DNA from: an uncultured delta proteobacterium
GTDB taxonomy: Bacteria; Myxococcota_A; Polyangia; Fen-1088
Direction of reading: 5' to 3'
DNA length: 64,000 nt
NCBI GenBank assembly: GCA_963796685.1
Contig: CAWCMR010000010.1
Coordinates: 64,001 to 128,000, forward strand
Shown: positions 1 through 9,039 of the stretch, one piece after another
How positions within the stretch are numbered: the first letter of the stretch is position 1
How the letters are laid out: each line of letters starts with the position of its first letter
Notes under the pieces: model-generated
The model's input: only the letters and a program-made list of their open reading frames with translations
The model's database searches: none
Told to the model about the DNA's origin: nothing
Position numbers and translations under genes: made by a program

Positions 1-429
1 GATCCCTTGGGAACCCTGGACGTCAATGCCAACAACGGGCGCCAGCTCAGCGTGAACTTCAAGAAGACCACCGCGGGCACCTTGGTCACCTTCGATCCGG
101 CGCTGGATATCAAGCTTGCCATGATGCTGAATAAGCTGTCGGAGTCGCTGCGCGTGGACATGCCGGCTTGGCTCGAAAGCGAGATTTTCGACGTGATGCT
201 GGGCGGTGCTGCCAAGCCCTCGGTGCTCGTGCCCGCTCCCACCTGCGATGCCTACGGCGACGTGACGTCCAAGGGCGAGATCGATGTAGTGACCGGCAAC
301 TTGACCCTGAGCGAGAGCTCCCTGCCGGGCCCGGTGAGCGTGGCTGCGGGTCTGTGCCTGCTGCCGGTGGACGGCGTGGACAGTCAGGCCGGCCCGTTCA
401 GCCGCGTGCGCGCCGGCACCTGCCAGTAG
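1..429 (+). CDS. hypothetical protein, C-terminal part (5' truncated by window)
   Basis: Frame open from base 1 to TAG at 429; GC3-rich codon usage. Confidence 0.65.
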   Translation, partial: DPLGTLDVNANNGRQLSVNFKKTTAGTLVTFDPALDIKLAMMLNKLSESLRVDMPAWLESEIFDVMLGGAAKPSVLVPAPTCDAYGDVTSKGEIDVVTGNLTLSESSLPGPVSVAAGLCLLPVDGVDSQAGPFSRVRAGTCQ

Positions 430-467
430 CGTTCAGCGGCCGGCCGGGTGTTCGTCGTTACGAGTCG

Positions 468-917
468 TTACGCCACTCGGGACAGGTGTGCTTCGATGGT
501 CGCTTTGGGCACGGCGCCCCGGATCTCGTCGAGCAACAACGGGCCGCGGAAGATCATCAACATGGGAATGGCGCTGACCTGAAAGCGCGTCGCCGTCTGA
601 GGGTTCTCGTCGACGTTCAGCTTGGCCACCTTGATGCGGCCGGCACGCTCGGCGGCGATCTGTTCGAGCAGAGGCGCGACAGTTCGACAAGGGGCGCACC
701 AGGGGGCCCAGAAGTCGACCAACACGGGGATGGGACAGTTCTCGACCTCCTGGCCCCAATTGCCGTCGGTCACCGTCACGGGGCTTTGCGGGAAGACTCT
801 CGACTTGCAGGCTCCGCACGTCGGGTTGTCGAGGAGGCGCTCGCGCAGGATGCGGTTGGTGCGCCCGCAGTGGGCGCATGGGTACTGGATAGCGCTGTTT
901 TCGGTTGCGTCCGTCAT
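468..917 (-). CDS. trxC: thioredoxin 2 (N-terminal zinc finger)
   Basis: CAHC...CGAC zinc motif, then PVLVDFWAPWCAPC, KLNVDENP, V-S-A-I-P. Confidence 0.92.
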   Translation of the reverse strand: MTDATENSAIQYPCAHCGRTNRILRERLLDNPTCGACKSRVFPQSPVTVTDGNWGQEVENCPIPVLVDFWAPWCAPCRTVAPLLEQIAAERAGRIKVAKLNVDENPQTATRFQVSAIPMLMIFRGPLLLDEIRGAVPKATIEAHLSRVA

Positions 918-955
918 GGTCGAAACTATGTATCGAAACCGGTCGTTGGCAACAT

Positions 956-2383
956 TCAGCGCGTGTAGCTCGGCAGCTCGACCACGTAGCTGTCGACGTT
1001 GTTGCCGTTGCCCCAGTCGCTGGCGAACAGGGCGCGCGTGCCGCTGGGGGATGGGACGGTGTGGGGCTCGGCCCAGTAGCTGTCGAGCGTGGTGAGCGTC
1101 GTGTTGGTCTTGCCCCAGCTCCGGTGGCGTCCGATACGGCATACGGCCCCGGTATTGGTGTTGGCGACCAGGTTCTCGAGATCGAGCAGCCCTGGCGTCG
1201 GCGGTGTGCCCGTGCCATCGAAGCCACCCACCCAGATGGTCGAGACGAACACCCAGCCCGGCTGCCGGTAAGCCATGGCCGAGACGTGACCGTCCGGCGG
1301 ATAGGGATAGCCGGTCTTGGGTCCGATGACGGCGCCGCCGGCACCGGTGGCAAGATCCCAGGTCACCAAGATGCCCACGTTGCTCTTGGCATCGTCGTTG
1401 CCGTCGTCGTAGACGGCGCCGTTCCAGGTGTCGTCGCCATTGCCGAGCTGGCCGAGTGAGGCGTGATTGTCGGGCGCCTGCAGAGTCAAGGATCGGATCA
1501 GCTGCAGGCCGGGCACGCTGAAGATCTGTCCCGTGCCAGCCTCGAGGTAGGCCAGGGTTCCGCTCGGCGCGACCTGGGCGGGTGGGGTCCCGCTGGTCGC
1601 GATCGGCCCCATCACCGTATCGGTCGAGCTGTCGTAGACGAACATCTTCTGGCCGCAGACCAGACCGAGGCGATGCGAATCCCAGGAGGTGAACATCGGA
1701 TCGCCGCCGTTGCTGGGCGCGCTGGAGCCACACAGACCGGAAAAGTCGTGCAGCTTGTCTTTCGTGCCCGTGCCGACGTGGTACCGAAGGAAGGTCTGTC
1801 CGTCGACGTAGTAGAGGATGTCCGGGTCCGAGGTGTCCCAGTAGACCTGCTCGAGGTCGGGCGGATTGATTTCGAGCGCCCGCATGGGTTGGTAGCTCTT
1901 GCCGTCGTAGAGCTGATGGCCCGCGCCGATCTGGTACAGGATCAAGAGCGATTCGTCCGCGTTCCACGCCGAGACGGTCGAGTACATGGGGACGACGGCC
2001 TGGTTGGCGCCAGCAACCGCGGTGATGCGGCGAATGGTGGTGCCGAACTGCGGGTCGACCACGGTGGCGCCCAACGCCGGCTTGGTCAACGCTGTCATCG
2101 GATGCGGCTCCTTGTCGGTCACCAGGCCAGCGCACAGGTCGACGTTCAACGTCGTGTAATGGCCACGCGCTCCACCGCTCCCGATGGAGCCGCCGGTCTG
2201 GGTGCCGCCGCCCGTCGACGCACCTCCCGTTGCGATCACCCCGCCCGTTCCACTGCTACCTCCGGCTGCTCCCTGCGCGCCGGCACCGCCCGCTCCCGAC
2301 GAAGTCTTCGTTCCTCCGCACGCCGCCGCCAGTGCCAGTGGCCCAATCAGACCAATCCATGCGAGCCGCACCATGCGGACCAT
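956..2383 (-). CDS. lipoprotein with Gly/Thr linker and probable beta-propeller domain
   Basis: Lipobox LAAAC, GGT-rich linker, PSPSGTRALFASDW-type blade motif. Confidence 0.75.
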   Translation of the reverse strand: MVRMVRLAWIGLIGPLALAAACGGTKTSSGAGGAGAQGAAGGSSGTGGVIATGGASTGGGTQTGGSIGSGGARGHYTTLNVDLCAGLVTDKEPHPMTALTKPALGATVVDPQFGTTIRRITAVAGANQAVVPMYSTVSAWNADESLLILYQIGAGHQLYDGKSYQPMRALEINPPDLEQVYWDTSDPDILYYVDGQTFLRYHVGTGTKDKLHDFSGLCGSSAPSNGGDPMFTSWDSHRLGLVCGQKMFVYDSSTDTVMGPIATSGTPPAQVAPSGTLAYLEAGTGQIFSVPGLQLIRSLTLQAPDNHASLGQLGNGDDTWNGAVYDDGNDDAKSNVGILVTWDLATGAGGAVIGPKTGYPYPPDGHVSAMAYRQPGWVFVSTIWVGGFDGTGTPPTPGLLDLENLVANTNTGAVCRIGRHRSWGKTNTTLTTLDSYWAEPHTVPSPSGTRALFASDWGNGNNVDSYVVELPSYTR

Positions 2384-2610
2384 GGTACCACCAGACGGAG
2401 GCACGCAACGGGTTCGCGCAGGCGACATGTGGCGATGCGAGTCCTTGCGAAGCCAAGGTGTATGGCGGCAACTCCGGCACCGGCGTCATGTGCGCGTACG
2501 TTGTCCTGGCGAGAACCACAGGGACCCTTTACTCGGTGAGCGGCTCGAGTGAGCGGGGTTCGGGCAACGTGCAGGCGCGTCGTGCATCCAAAGGCCCACG
2601 GAGGTGCGTC

Positions 2611-3261
2611 TTGTCACAATTGCGGGTTCACACATTTTCGGTTTCCATCGATGGTTTTGGCGCGGGTCCCAGGCAAGACCTGGAGCATCCACTTGGCGTG
2701 CGTGGACCCGAGCTCTTCGACTGGTTCTTCCACACGCGAACCTTCCAAAGCATGCACGGCAGCGGCGAGGGTGAAACCGGCGTGGATGACGATGTCTCCG
2801 CGCGAGGGTTCGAGAATATCGGCGCGTGGATCCTCGGCCGCAACATGTTCGGCCCCGTGCGGGGGCCTTGGCCCGACGGCAACTGGCGTGGCTGGTGGGG
2901 CGAGGAGCCGCCCTACCATGTCCCGGTCTTCGTGCTCACCCATCACGCGCGAGCGCCGCTCTCGATGAAGGGCGGAACGGAGTTTCGCTTCGTCACGGAG
3001 GGAATCGAAGCCGCGCTGGCGCAAGCCAAAGAGGCGGCCGGCGAAAAGGACGTGCGCTTGGGGGGCGGCGTGGCCACGATTCGCCAGTATCTGCGCGCCC
3101 GCCTCATCGATGAGCTCCACCTCGCCATCTCGCCGGTCGTGCTCGGCGAGGGCGAGCACCTGCTCGGCGGCCTCGACCTGCGGGCTCTCGGCTATGCGTG
3201 TACGAAGCACACGGCCGGTGGCCGTGCGGCGGCCCACGTGACTCTGCACAAGCAAGCGTAG
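2611..3261 (+). CDS. dihydrofolate reductase family (RibD C-terminal-like) protein
   Basis: SVSIDGFGAG, ILGRNMF, PVFVLTH, GGGVATI, IDELHL motifs; TTG start after GGAGG. Confidence 0.88.
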   Translation: MSQLRVHTFSVSIDGFGAGPRQDLEHPLGVRGPELFDWFFHTRTFQSMHGSGEGETGVDDDVSARGFENIGAWILGRNMFGPVRGPWPDGNWRGWWGEEPPYHVPVFVLTHHARAPLSMKGGTEFRFVTEGIEAALAQAKEAAGEKDVRLGGGVATIRQYLRARLIDELHLAISPVVLGEGEHLLGGLDLRALGYACTKHTAGGRAAAHVTLHKQA

Positions 3262-3388
3262 CGCAGGCGACGGACCAAGGTGCTCGAAGAGGGCGCTACT
3301 TCAGGACCAAGAATGTGACAGCGGTCTCTTTCTTGTCGGCAGGCCGGGAGTAGCATGGGGAAATCACCACCATGGACGGTCGCAGCTC

Positions 3389-4042
3389 GTGATTTCGCGC
3401 ACCTTGCATCTGGCCAAGCTGGTCGTCGGGTTCGCTTTGGCCATCGGCTGCGGGCGCACCGAAATGGGAGTGCTGGCCCGGGCGGCAGATAGCGGGGCGA
3501 GTGCCGGATTGGCAGGGAGCGAGAGCGGCGGGGCGGGCGGCACGGGTGGAGCCGGCGGAATCGTCCAGACGGGCGGCAGCGGCGTCGAGGTCGGCACCGG
3601 CGGCTCGGGTGGTGTCGCCTCGGGGACGTGTGCCGAGGCCACCTGTCTCACGTCGCTGTTCCAGGCCTGTGTGCCCGAGGGAAGCTGCTCCGTGCAAGGT
3701 GGCGGGAGCCCCAGCGCTTCGTTCAACACCGGCGGCTATGCGAACGGAGTAACGGTGTCCTATCTGGGGAGCTACAGTGGGACGAACCTGACCGATAGCC
3801 TGACGGTCCGGCACAACGGCGTCCTTTGCTACAGCATCGATACCGCGACCCCGATGGACAGCAATGCAGTCACGTACGTGGTCCGCGGCGCCAGCGGCGA
3901 GGAGGTTGCCACCGGAGCCCTCGTCGACAAGACCGGCACCGTCAGCGTGACGTGCAAAGGTAGCCAACCAACCCCCGTCGGCGCCACCTGCCTGAAGCCC
4001 GTCGCCGATAACAGCGGTTGCGAGCTGGGGACGTGTCCCTAG
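3389..4042 (+). CDS. Cys-containing lipoprotein with Gly-rich linker
   Basis: Signal peptide with ALAIGC lipobox; GG-rich linker. Confidence 0.7.
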   Translation: MISRTLHLAKLVVGFALAIGCGRTEMGVLARAADSGASAGLAGSESGGAGGTGGAGGIVQTGGSGVEVGTGGSGGVASGTCAEATCLTSLFQACVPEGSCSVQGGGSPSASFNTGGYANGVTVSYLGSYSGTNLTDSLTVRHNGVLCYSIDTATPMDSNAVTYVVRGASGEEVATGALVDKTGTVSVTCKGSQPTPVGATCLKPVADNSGCELGTCP

Positions 4043-4271
4043 CAAACCGAAGGATGCGCCTCACATCGCGCTCCTCAGAAGATTCATCGGCGAGGTGATC
4101 GTTCGCGCCTTTGCCGGATATCCGTGGGTGTGCAATTGACGGCCAGCCAGAATCGTCAGCAACATTATGGCCCAGTATTCCTGGTAGAGCTTCACCAGAT
4201 GCTCCCTCCCCGATAGATTGCTCTTCCCCATTTGATTTGAATCTTCTCCTGGCACCGATACTAACCTCGGA

Positions 4272-4455
4272 GCGATGCCGCCGGCGACGAAGACCAGGTT
4301 CTTGCCTTTCCACTTTTCGAGGGAAACATGTTGCCGTAGGAGCCGCGGAATCCGATGATGTCGCCGAGGTCTTCGTCGGCTAGGCTGCTACTCACCCGGC
4401 CGGTTTCGCGGAAGGTGCGCTCGATGTAGCCCTTGCGCGTGTGTGAGCGGGCGGT
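4272..4455 (-). pseudogene. degenerate internal fragment of the flxA-like gene
   Basis: Aligns by eye to ~8669-8855 (KGYIE.TFRETGRV.SSLAD.D.GDI.GFRG.YGN) with substitutions and an indel. Confidence 0.85.
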
Positions 4456-4586
4456 GCGGCAGGAAACGGCGATGACGTGTCCTACCCCGCTCTCGACGAC
4501 TTTCGGCAAGGCCGCTCAGCGTCAGTGTGTTTCTGTAAATGCGAAATTATCTGGATCCCGATGTTGTTTCATGGGATAACATTTCC

Positions 4587-5723
4587 ATGAGCGAGAAAAC
4601 CGGTGGGCTCTCGTTGACCCAGGGCGCAGTGGGGGAACGGCTCCGTGTCGCGCGCGAGCGGCGCGGGCTCAGCCAGGGGCAGGCATCGGCAATGGCGAAA
4701 GTTGGGGTGTCCTCGCTTTCCGATTTCGAAAACGGCAAGCGCGCGCCCAGCCTCGACCAGCTGAGCGCGCTCGCTGCTGCCTACGACCAGCCACTGACCT
4801 TCTTCTTCGAGGACAGCCCCACCAAAGAGGTCGTACTGTGGCGGCAGCGACCAACCGCGGGGGCAGAAGAACACGCAAGTCGGTTTCTCAAGTGGTGCCG
4901 CTGGTATCGCGATCTCGAGGTGTGGTGCAAGGACGAAACGGCCTGCCCGGTACCGGATCTTGCCAAGGTGCCCGCGAGCTTCGGTGCTGCCGAGCGACTC
5001 GCCCTCGACATCCGGAGCCAACTCGATCTTGGCGACTACCCTGCTCCGATCCTGCTCAAGGTTCTGGAAGAGAAGTGGGGGGTGAAGGTGTTTCACCAAG
5101 AATTCGAGCCCACGGGCACCGCCGCCAGTTCCAGGGATGACTCCTTCGGAGCCGCGATTTTGTTGAACGCGAAGTCGAGTCGACGGCGCAGGAACTTCGA
5201 TCTGGCGCACGAGCTCTTTCACCTGCTGACGTGGAAAGCGTTTCGTGCCGAGAGCCCCGAGACCAGCACCGATCTCGAGGAAAAGCTGGCCAATAAGTTC
5301 GCATCGGTCCTGCTCCTGCCCGAGGAAAAGCTGAAGGCCGCGATCGGCGATCGCTGCGTGGAGAACCGCCTTCCCCTGCCGGCTGCCATCGACCTCGCTC
5401 GCGCCTTCGATGTTTCCATTGATGCGCTCATCTGGCGGTGGCACGGCATGGCCGTGAAAAACGACGCCGTTGCCGACGAAGAACGCACGCGCGCCCTGAT
5501 CGAGAAGGCACGTGCCCTGAGCCGCCTGTCCGACGAGTCGTCCGCGGATCCGCCACCGAGCCGACCCGAACGCTTCCGCGATCTGGCTGTGCGTGCTCTA
5601 CGTAACGCCGAGATCTCGATAGGCCGCTTCGCCGAGTACATGGGGATCTCACGTCAGGCCGCCATGGCCTACGTCGACGAGGAGGCCGGCGGTGACGAAG
5701 CGTTTGAGCTTTCTGCTTCTTGA
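4587..5723 (+). CDS. XRE-family HTH fused to ImmA/IrrE zinc metallopeptidase
   Basis: RLRVARERRGLSQ...SDFENGKRAP HTH; RRNFDLAHELFH (HEXXH); EKLANKFASVLLLP. Confidence 0.9.
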   Translation: MSEKTGGLSLTQGAVGERLRVARERRGLSQGQASAMAKVGVSSLSDFENGKRAPSLDQLSALAAAYDQPLTFFFEDSPTKEVVLWRQRPTAGAEEHASRFLKWCRWYRDLEVWCKDETACPVPDLAKVPASFGAAERLALDIRSQLDLGDYPAPILLKVLEEKWGVKVFHQEFEPTGTAASSRDDSFGAAILLNAKSSRRRRNFDLAHELFHLLTWKAFRAESPETSTDLEEKLANKFASVLLLPEEKLKAAIGDRCVENRLPLPAAIDLARAFDVSIDALIWRWHGMAVKNDAVADEERTRALIEKARALSRLSDESSADPPPSRPERFRDLAVRALRNAEISIGRFAEYMGISRQAAMAYVDEEAGGDEAFELSAS

Positions 5724-6222
5724 CGCCAACATCATCATCGAGCTGTGGCGGCTTGGCCTGTGGAGCAAGGTCGTCGAGCTTTGCGACATCCACGTTGGAA
5801 AGACCGTGGTTGGTGAAGCCAACTTCTTCCTGGACGCAAGCGGAAACCACGTTGCCATCGATCTGAGCGTCGACATCGCAAGCCAGCGGATCCAGGTCTT
5901 CCAGGTCGAATTCCCCGAGCTCGACGAGTTTCGAAACCAATACGATCCTTCGTACCTCGCCAAGCTGGATCCGGGCGAGACAGAGGCCTTGGTCAAGCTG
6001 CTGAGCCTTCCATCGGACTGGCGGCTCTGCTCGGCGGACGGCATCGTGTTCAAGGTGCTTGCGAATGTTCGGCGGAGCGAGCAAGGGATCTCCCTTGAGG
6101 AGGTCCTTGGCCAGGTGGGAATGTCGCGACCGCTAAGGAAGCAATACACGAAGGAATTTCGAACGGAGAAGACCAGGCTGGGGGCGATCGATTCGATTCA
6201 GAACAGGGTGAGGAAGGTGTAG
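5692..6222 (+). CDS. PIN-domain-like protein, putative toxin
   Basis: LLLDANIIIEL first strand, LDPGETEAL, LCSAD acidic motifs; overlaps the XRE-ImmA gene. Confidence 0.7.
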   Translation: MTKRLSFLLLDANIIIELWRLGLWSKVVELCDIHVGKTVVGEANFFLDASGNHVAIDLSVDIASQRIQVFQVEFPELDEFRNQYDPSYLAKLDPGETEALVKLLSLPSDWRLCSADGIVFKVLANVRRSEQGISLEEVLGQVGMSRPLRKQYTKEFRTEKTRLGAIDSIQNRVRKV

Positions 6223-6325
6223 CGATCTGTGCGCCGGGAACTGCAACTCGGTGAGCCGCTACGATGGTCGGGATTTCTTATTGGTGCTTCTCGGCAGTGG
6301 TTGGGGAGAAGTTGCGTGAAAAAGT

Positions 6326-6491
6326 ACCCTCGGAGGGGATCCGACCCTCGGAGGGGATTTCCAAAAAGCACCGAGGGCAGGGATCCCTCACGCCTGCATT
6401 CACCGCTGCCCCTTCGAAGTTGACGCGAATCTAAATTGGGTTCCCTAAATTGGGTTCCTGGCACCTCCCTCGGGCGGCACCTCCCTCGGGC
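6326..6491. repeat. three separate short perfect direct duplications
   Basis: accctcggaggggat at 6326 and 6344; ctaaattgggttcc at 6431 and 6445; ggcacctccctcgggc at 6460 and 6476. Confidence 0.9.
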
Positions 6492-6548
6492 AGCTCGGGC
6501 TGCCATCTCGTTTTGCCAGCGCCTCGGTGATGAAGTAGTCTCCGCAGC

Positions 6549-7700
6549 ATGAGTTCGCCATTAACTCTTTCAATTCGAAATTTCGCCCAGCTCTCCAGCG
6601 TCAATCTTGAGTTGGGTGACCTCACAGTGGTAGTCGGTGCGCAGGGAACTGGCAAGAGCCTGGCCTTGCAATGGCTGAAGGCGGCGATCGATGGAAAGCA
6701 GATTGTTGATGCTCTCCAGGAGGCGGGGCAGGACACGAAGAAGCCAGAAGCACTTATCGACCTCATTTTCGGAGTTGGGATGGCGCAGGCATGGGATCCT
6801 CACAACACCGCGGTGTCTTTCGACGGTCGGTCTATTCAGCCTTCGCTTCTTCGAAAACGCGGGAATGGCGAGGAGAAGGTCTTCTTCATTCCTGCCCATC
6901 GGGCGATGCTTATCAGCGATGGTTGGGCGGCACCCTTTCAGAAGCTGACAGCCGAGGTCCCCATCGTTGCGAGGCTCTTCAGCCATGAGCTCTTCACGTT
7001 GTTCAGTTCGCGAGATCAGGAAAGGCTCTTCCCGCTGAATCGGCTTCTCAAGAGCGAGTATCGCACGCTTATCAACGATGCCGTCTTTCACGGCGGAACG
7101 GTTGCCGTGGAACAAGACCAACAGCACGCGAAGAGATTGAAGCTCACTCATGGCAAATCGCAACTTCCGTTCATGACCTGGACGGCCGGCCAACGCGAAT
7201 TCACGCCCTTGTTGCTAGGGCTCTACCACTTGCTTCCTCCCCGTAGGCTCGTGAAGCAACCCGACATCGAATGGGTTGTCATCGAAGAGCCCGAAATGGG
7301 GCTCCATCCTCAAGCGATTTCGGTCTTCATGTTGCTCGTCCTCGATCTACTTTGGCGGGGGTATCGTGTCGTGTTGTCCACTCACTCTCCGCTTGTGTTG
7401 ACAGTAGTATGGATGCTCCGTCGCCTGAGCGAGAAAGGGGCTCGCTGGCAGCTCATTTGTGATGCATTCGGAGCCAATAGGACCGCGCTGAAGAAAGTCG
7501 CGGAGGCAGCGCTCACCAAGGAATATAGAACGCACTTGCTATCTTTCCAGAAGGACGGGAAAGTGAGCTCCAAGGACATATCGACATTGGATCCGGGATC
7601 TGACGATGATGAAGTTTCCGGTTGGGGGGGGCTTTCCGGATTTGCATCGCATTTTGGAGATGCCGTACGTCTCGCCGCAAACGAGCATGAGGCGGAATGA
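6549..7700 (+). CDS. ABC-type (AAA_21/AbiEii-like) ATPase
   Basis: Walker A GAQGTGKS, signature-like TAGQ, Walker B VIEEPEMGLHP, H-loop STHSP. Confidence 0.88.
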   Translation: MSSPLTLSIRNFAQLSSVNLELGDLTVVVGAQGTGKSLALQWLKAAIDGKQIVDALQEAGQDTKKPEALIDLIFGVGMAQAWDPHNTAVSFDGRSIQPSLLRKRGNGEEKVFFIPAHRAMLISDGWAAPFQKLTAEVPIVARLFSHELFTLFSSRDQERLFPLNRLLKSEYRTLINDAVFHGGTVAVEQDQQHAKRLKLTHGKSQLPFMTWTAGQREFTPLLLGLYHLLPPRRLVKQPDIEWVVIEEPEMGLHPQAISVFMLLVLDLLWRGYRVVLSTHSPLVLTVVWMLRRLSEKGARWQLICDAFGANRTALKKVAEAALTKEYRTHLLSFQKDGKVSSKDISTLDPGSDDDEVSGWGGLSGFASHFGDAVRLAANEHEAE

Positions 7701-8149
7701 CAACCCCCATTCGGTCGTTGCTTGCTCTCGCCAGCCCGCTGATTCACTCAGTACTTCCAGGCCTGAAAGCCCTTTCGTCGACAGAGTATATCGACGAAAG
7801 CATTCGGGTACGATTCTCGGATAGCTTGGACTTGGACAAAGCCCTACAAAGTCAATTCCCAGAGGATCACCGGTGGGACTATCTGCTCGGATTAGGAAAT
7901 CCCTCTGTTGTCGTCGGCCTCGAAGCCCACACGGCTCACACCGATCAGGTGTCGGTCGTAATTGCCAAGCGCGCGGCGGCCATTCGCCAGCTACGCGGTC
8001 ACCTGAGGAAGGGCCGCAGTGTGGGTCTCTGGTTGTGGGTTGCCTCGGGCCGGGTCGACTTCGACCCGTACGAAAAGGCCAGACGTAGACTTGAAGAGAA
8101 TGGAATCATGTTCGTTGGCAAGCGTGTCTTGGAGAAGCATCTAGGGTAG
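7697..8149 (+). CDS. hypothetical protein coupled to ATPase (possible PD-(D/E)xK-like nuclease)
   Basis: ATGA overlap with the ATPase stop; RWDYLLG...VGLEAH pattern; nuclease call is inference. Confidence 0.6.
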   Translation: MTTPIRSLLALASPLIHSVLPGLKALSSTEYIDESIRVRFSDSLDLDKALQSQFPEDHRWDYLLGLGNPSVVVGLEAHTAHTDQVSVVIAKRAAAIRQLRGHLRKGRSVGLWLWVASGRVDFDPYEKARRRLEENGIMFVGKRVLEKHLG

Positions 8150-8196
8150 GAAAGGCCTCTCATCCTACGAACTGACTCCGAAGTAGATGTTGGCGC

Positions 8197-9036
8197 CTAA
8201 TACTCCGCCGGGAGCTTCTCCAGCTCCGCCAGCGTGTACACCGGCCCGTCTTTGCACACGTAGCTCTTGCCCGTGTTACATCGCCCGCACTTGCCCAACC
8301 CGCACTTCATGCGGTTTTCAAGTGTCGTGTAGATCTCGCCTTTGCCAAACCCTAGCTTCGCCAGCACGGGCAAGGTCAGCTTGATCATGATGGGGGGGCC
8401 GCAGACGATGGCCACGCTGTTGGTGGCGGGCGGGGCGATTTGCTCGACGATGTGGGGGACGAAGCCTATCTTGCCGGTCCAGCCGAGCTTTTCGCCTCCG
8501 GGATCGACGGTGACCACCAGCTTCATGTCGCTGCGCTTGCCCCAGTCCTCGAGCTCGTGCTTGTAGACGAGATCGTTGACGCCGCGGGCGCCGTAGACCA
8601 CGGTGATGTCTTTGAACCAGTCGCGCAGGTCGAGGCAGTTCCAGATCACGCTGCGCAGAGGGGGCAGGGCGATGCCGCCGGCGACGAAGACGAGGTTCTT
8701 GCCCTTCCACTTCTCGAGCGGGAAAACGTTGCCGTAGGGGCCGCGGAAACCGACGATGTCGCCCACGTCTTTGTCGGCCAGGCTGCTGGTCACGCGCCCG
8801 GTCTCGCGGAAGGTACACTCGATGTAGCCCTTGCTGCGCGTGGGGGACGAGGCGATGCAGAAGGTGCTCTCGCCTTCGCCGAAGGCGCTGTACAGGCCGA
8901 ATTGCCCGGTGGTGAAGGTGAAGGCGGCGGCTTCCTCGGGGTTGGTGAACTCGAGCTTGAAGGTGCGCACCGAGGGGGCCTCGTCGGTGATGGCGGCAAT
9001 GCGCATGAGGTAGGGCTTGTAGATGTTTGCTTCCAT
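8197..9036 (-). CDS. flxA: FAD/NAD(P)-binding oxidoreductase FlxA (AsrB/hydrogenase gamma-like)
   Basis: GFRGPYGN, VAGGIALPP, CGPPIM, MKCGLGKCGRC..YVCKDGPV. Confidence 0.88.
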   Translation of the reverse strand: MEANIYKPYLMRIAAITDEAPSVRTFKLEFTNPEEAAAFTFTTGQFGLYSAFGEGESTFCIASSPTRSKGYIECTFRETGRVTSSLADKDVGDIVGFRGPYGNVFPLEKWKGKNLVFVAGGIALPPLRSVIWNCLDLRDWFKDITVVYGARGVNDLVYKHELEDWGKRSDMKLVVTVDPGGEKLGWTGKIGFVPHIVEQIAPPATNSVAIVCGPPIMIKLTLPVLAKLGFGKGEIYTTLENRMKCGLGKCGRCNTGKSYVCKDGPVYTLAELEKLPAEY

Positions 9037-9039
9037 GGC

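Noticed and set aside
4043-4260. Possible HEPN-like remnant (SIAHP) at the island edge
   Set aside because: Too short and degenerate; no R-x4-6-H motif or credible start
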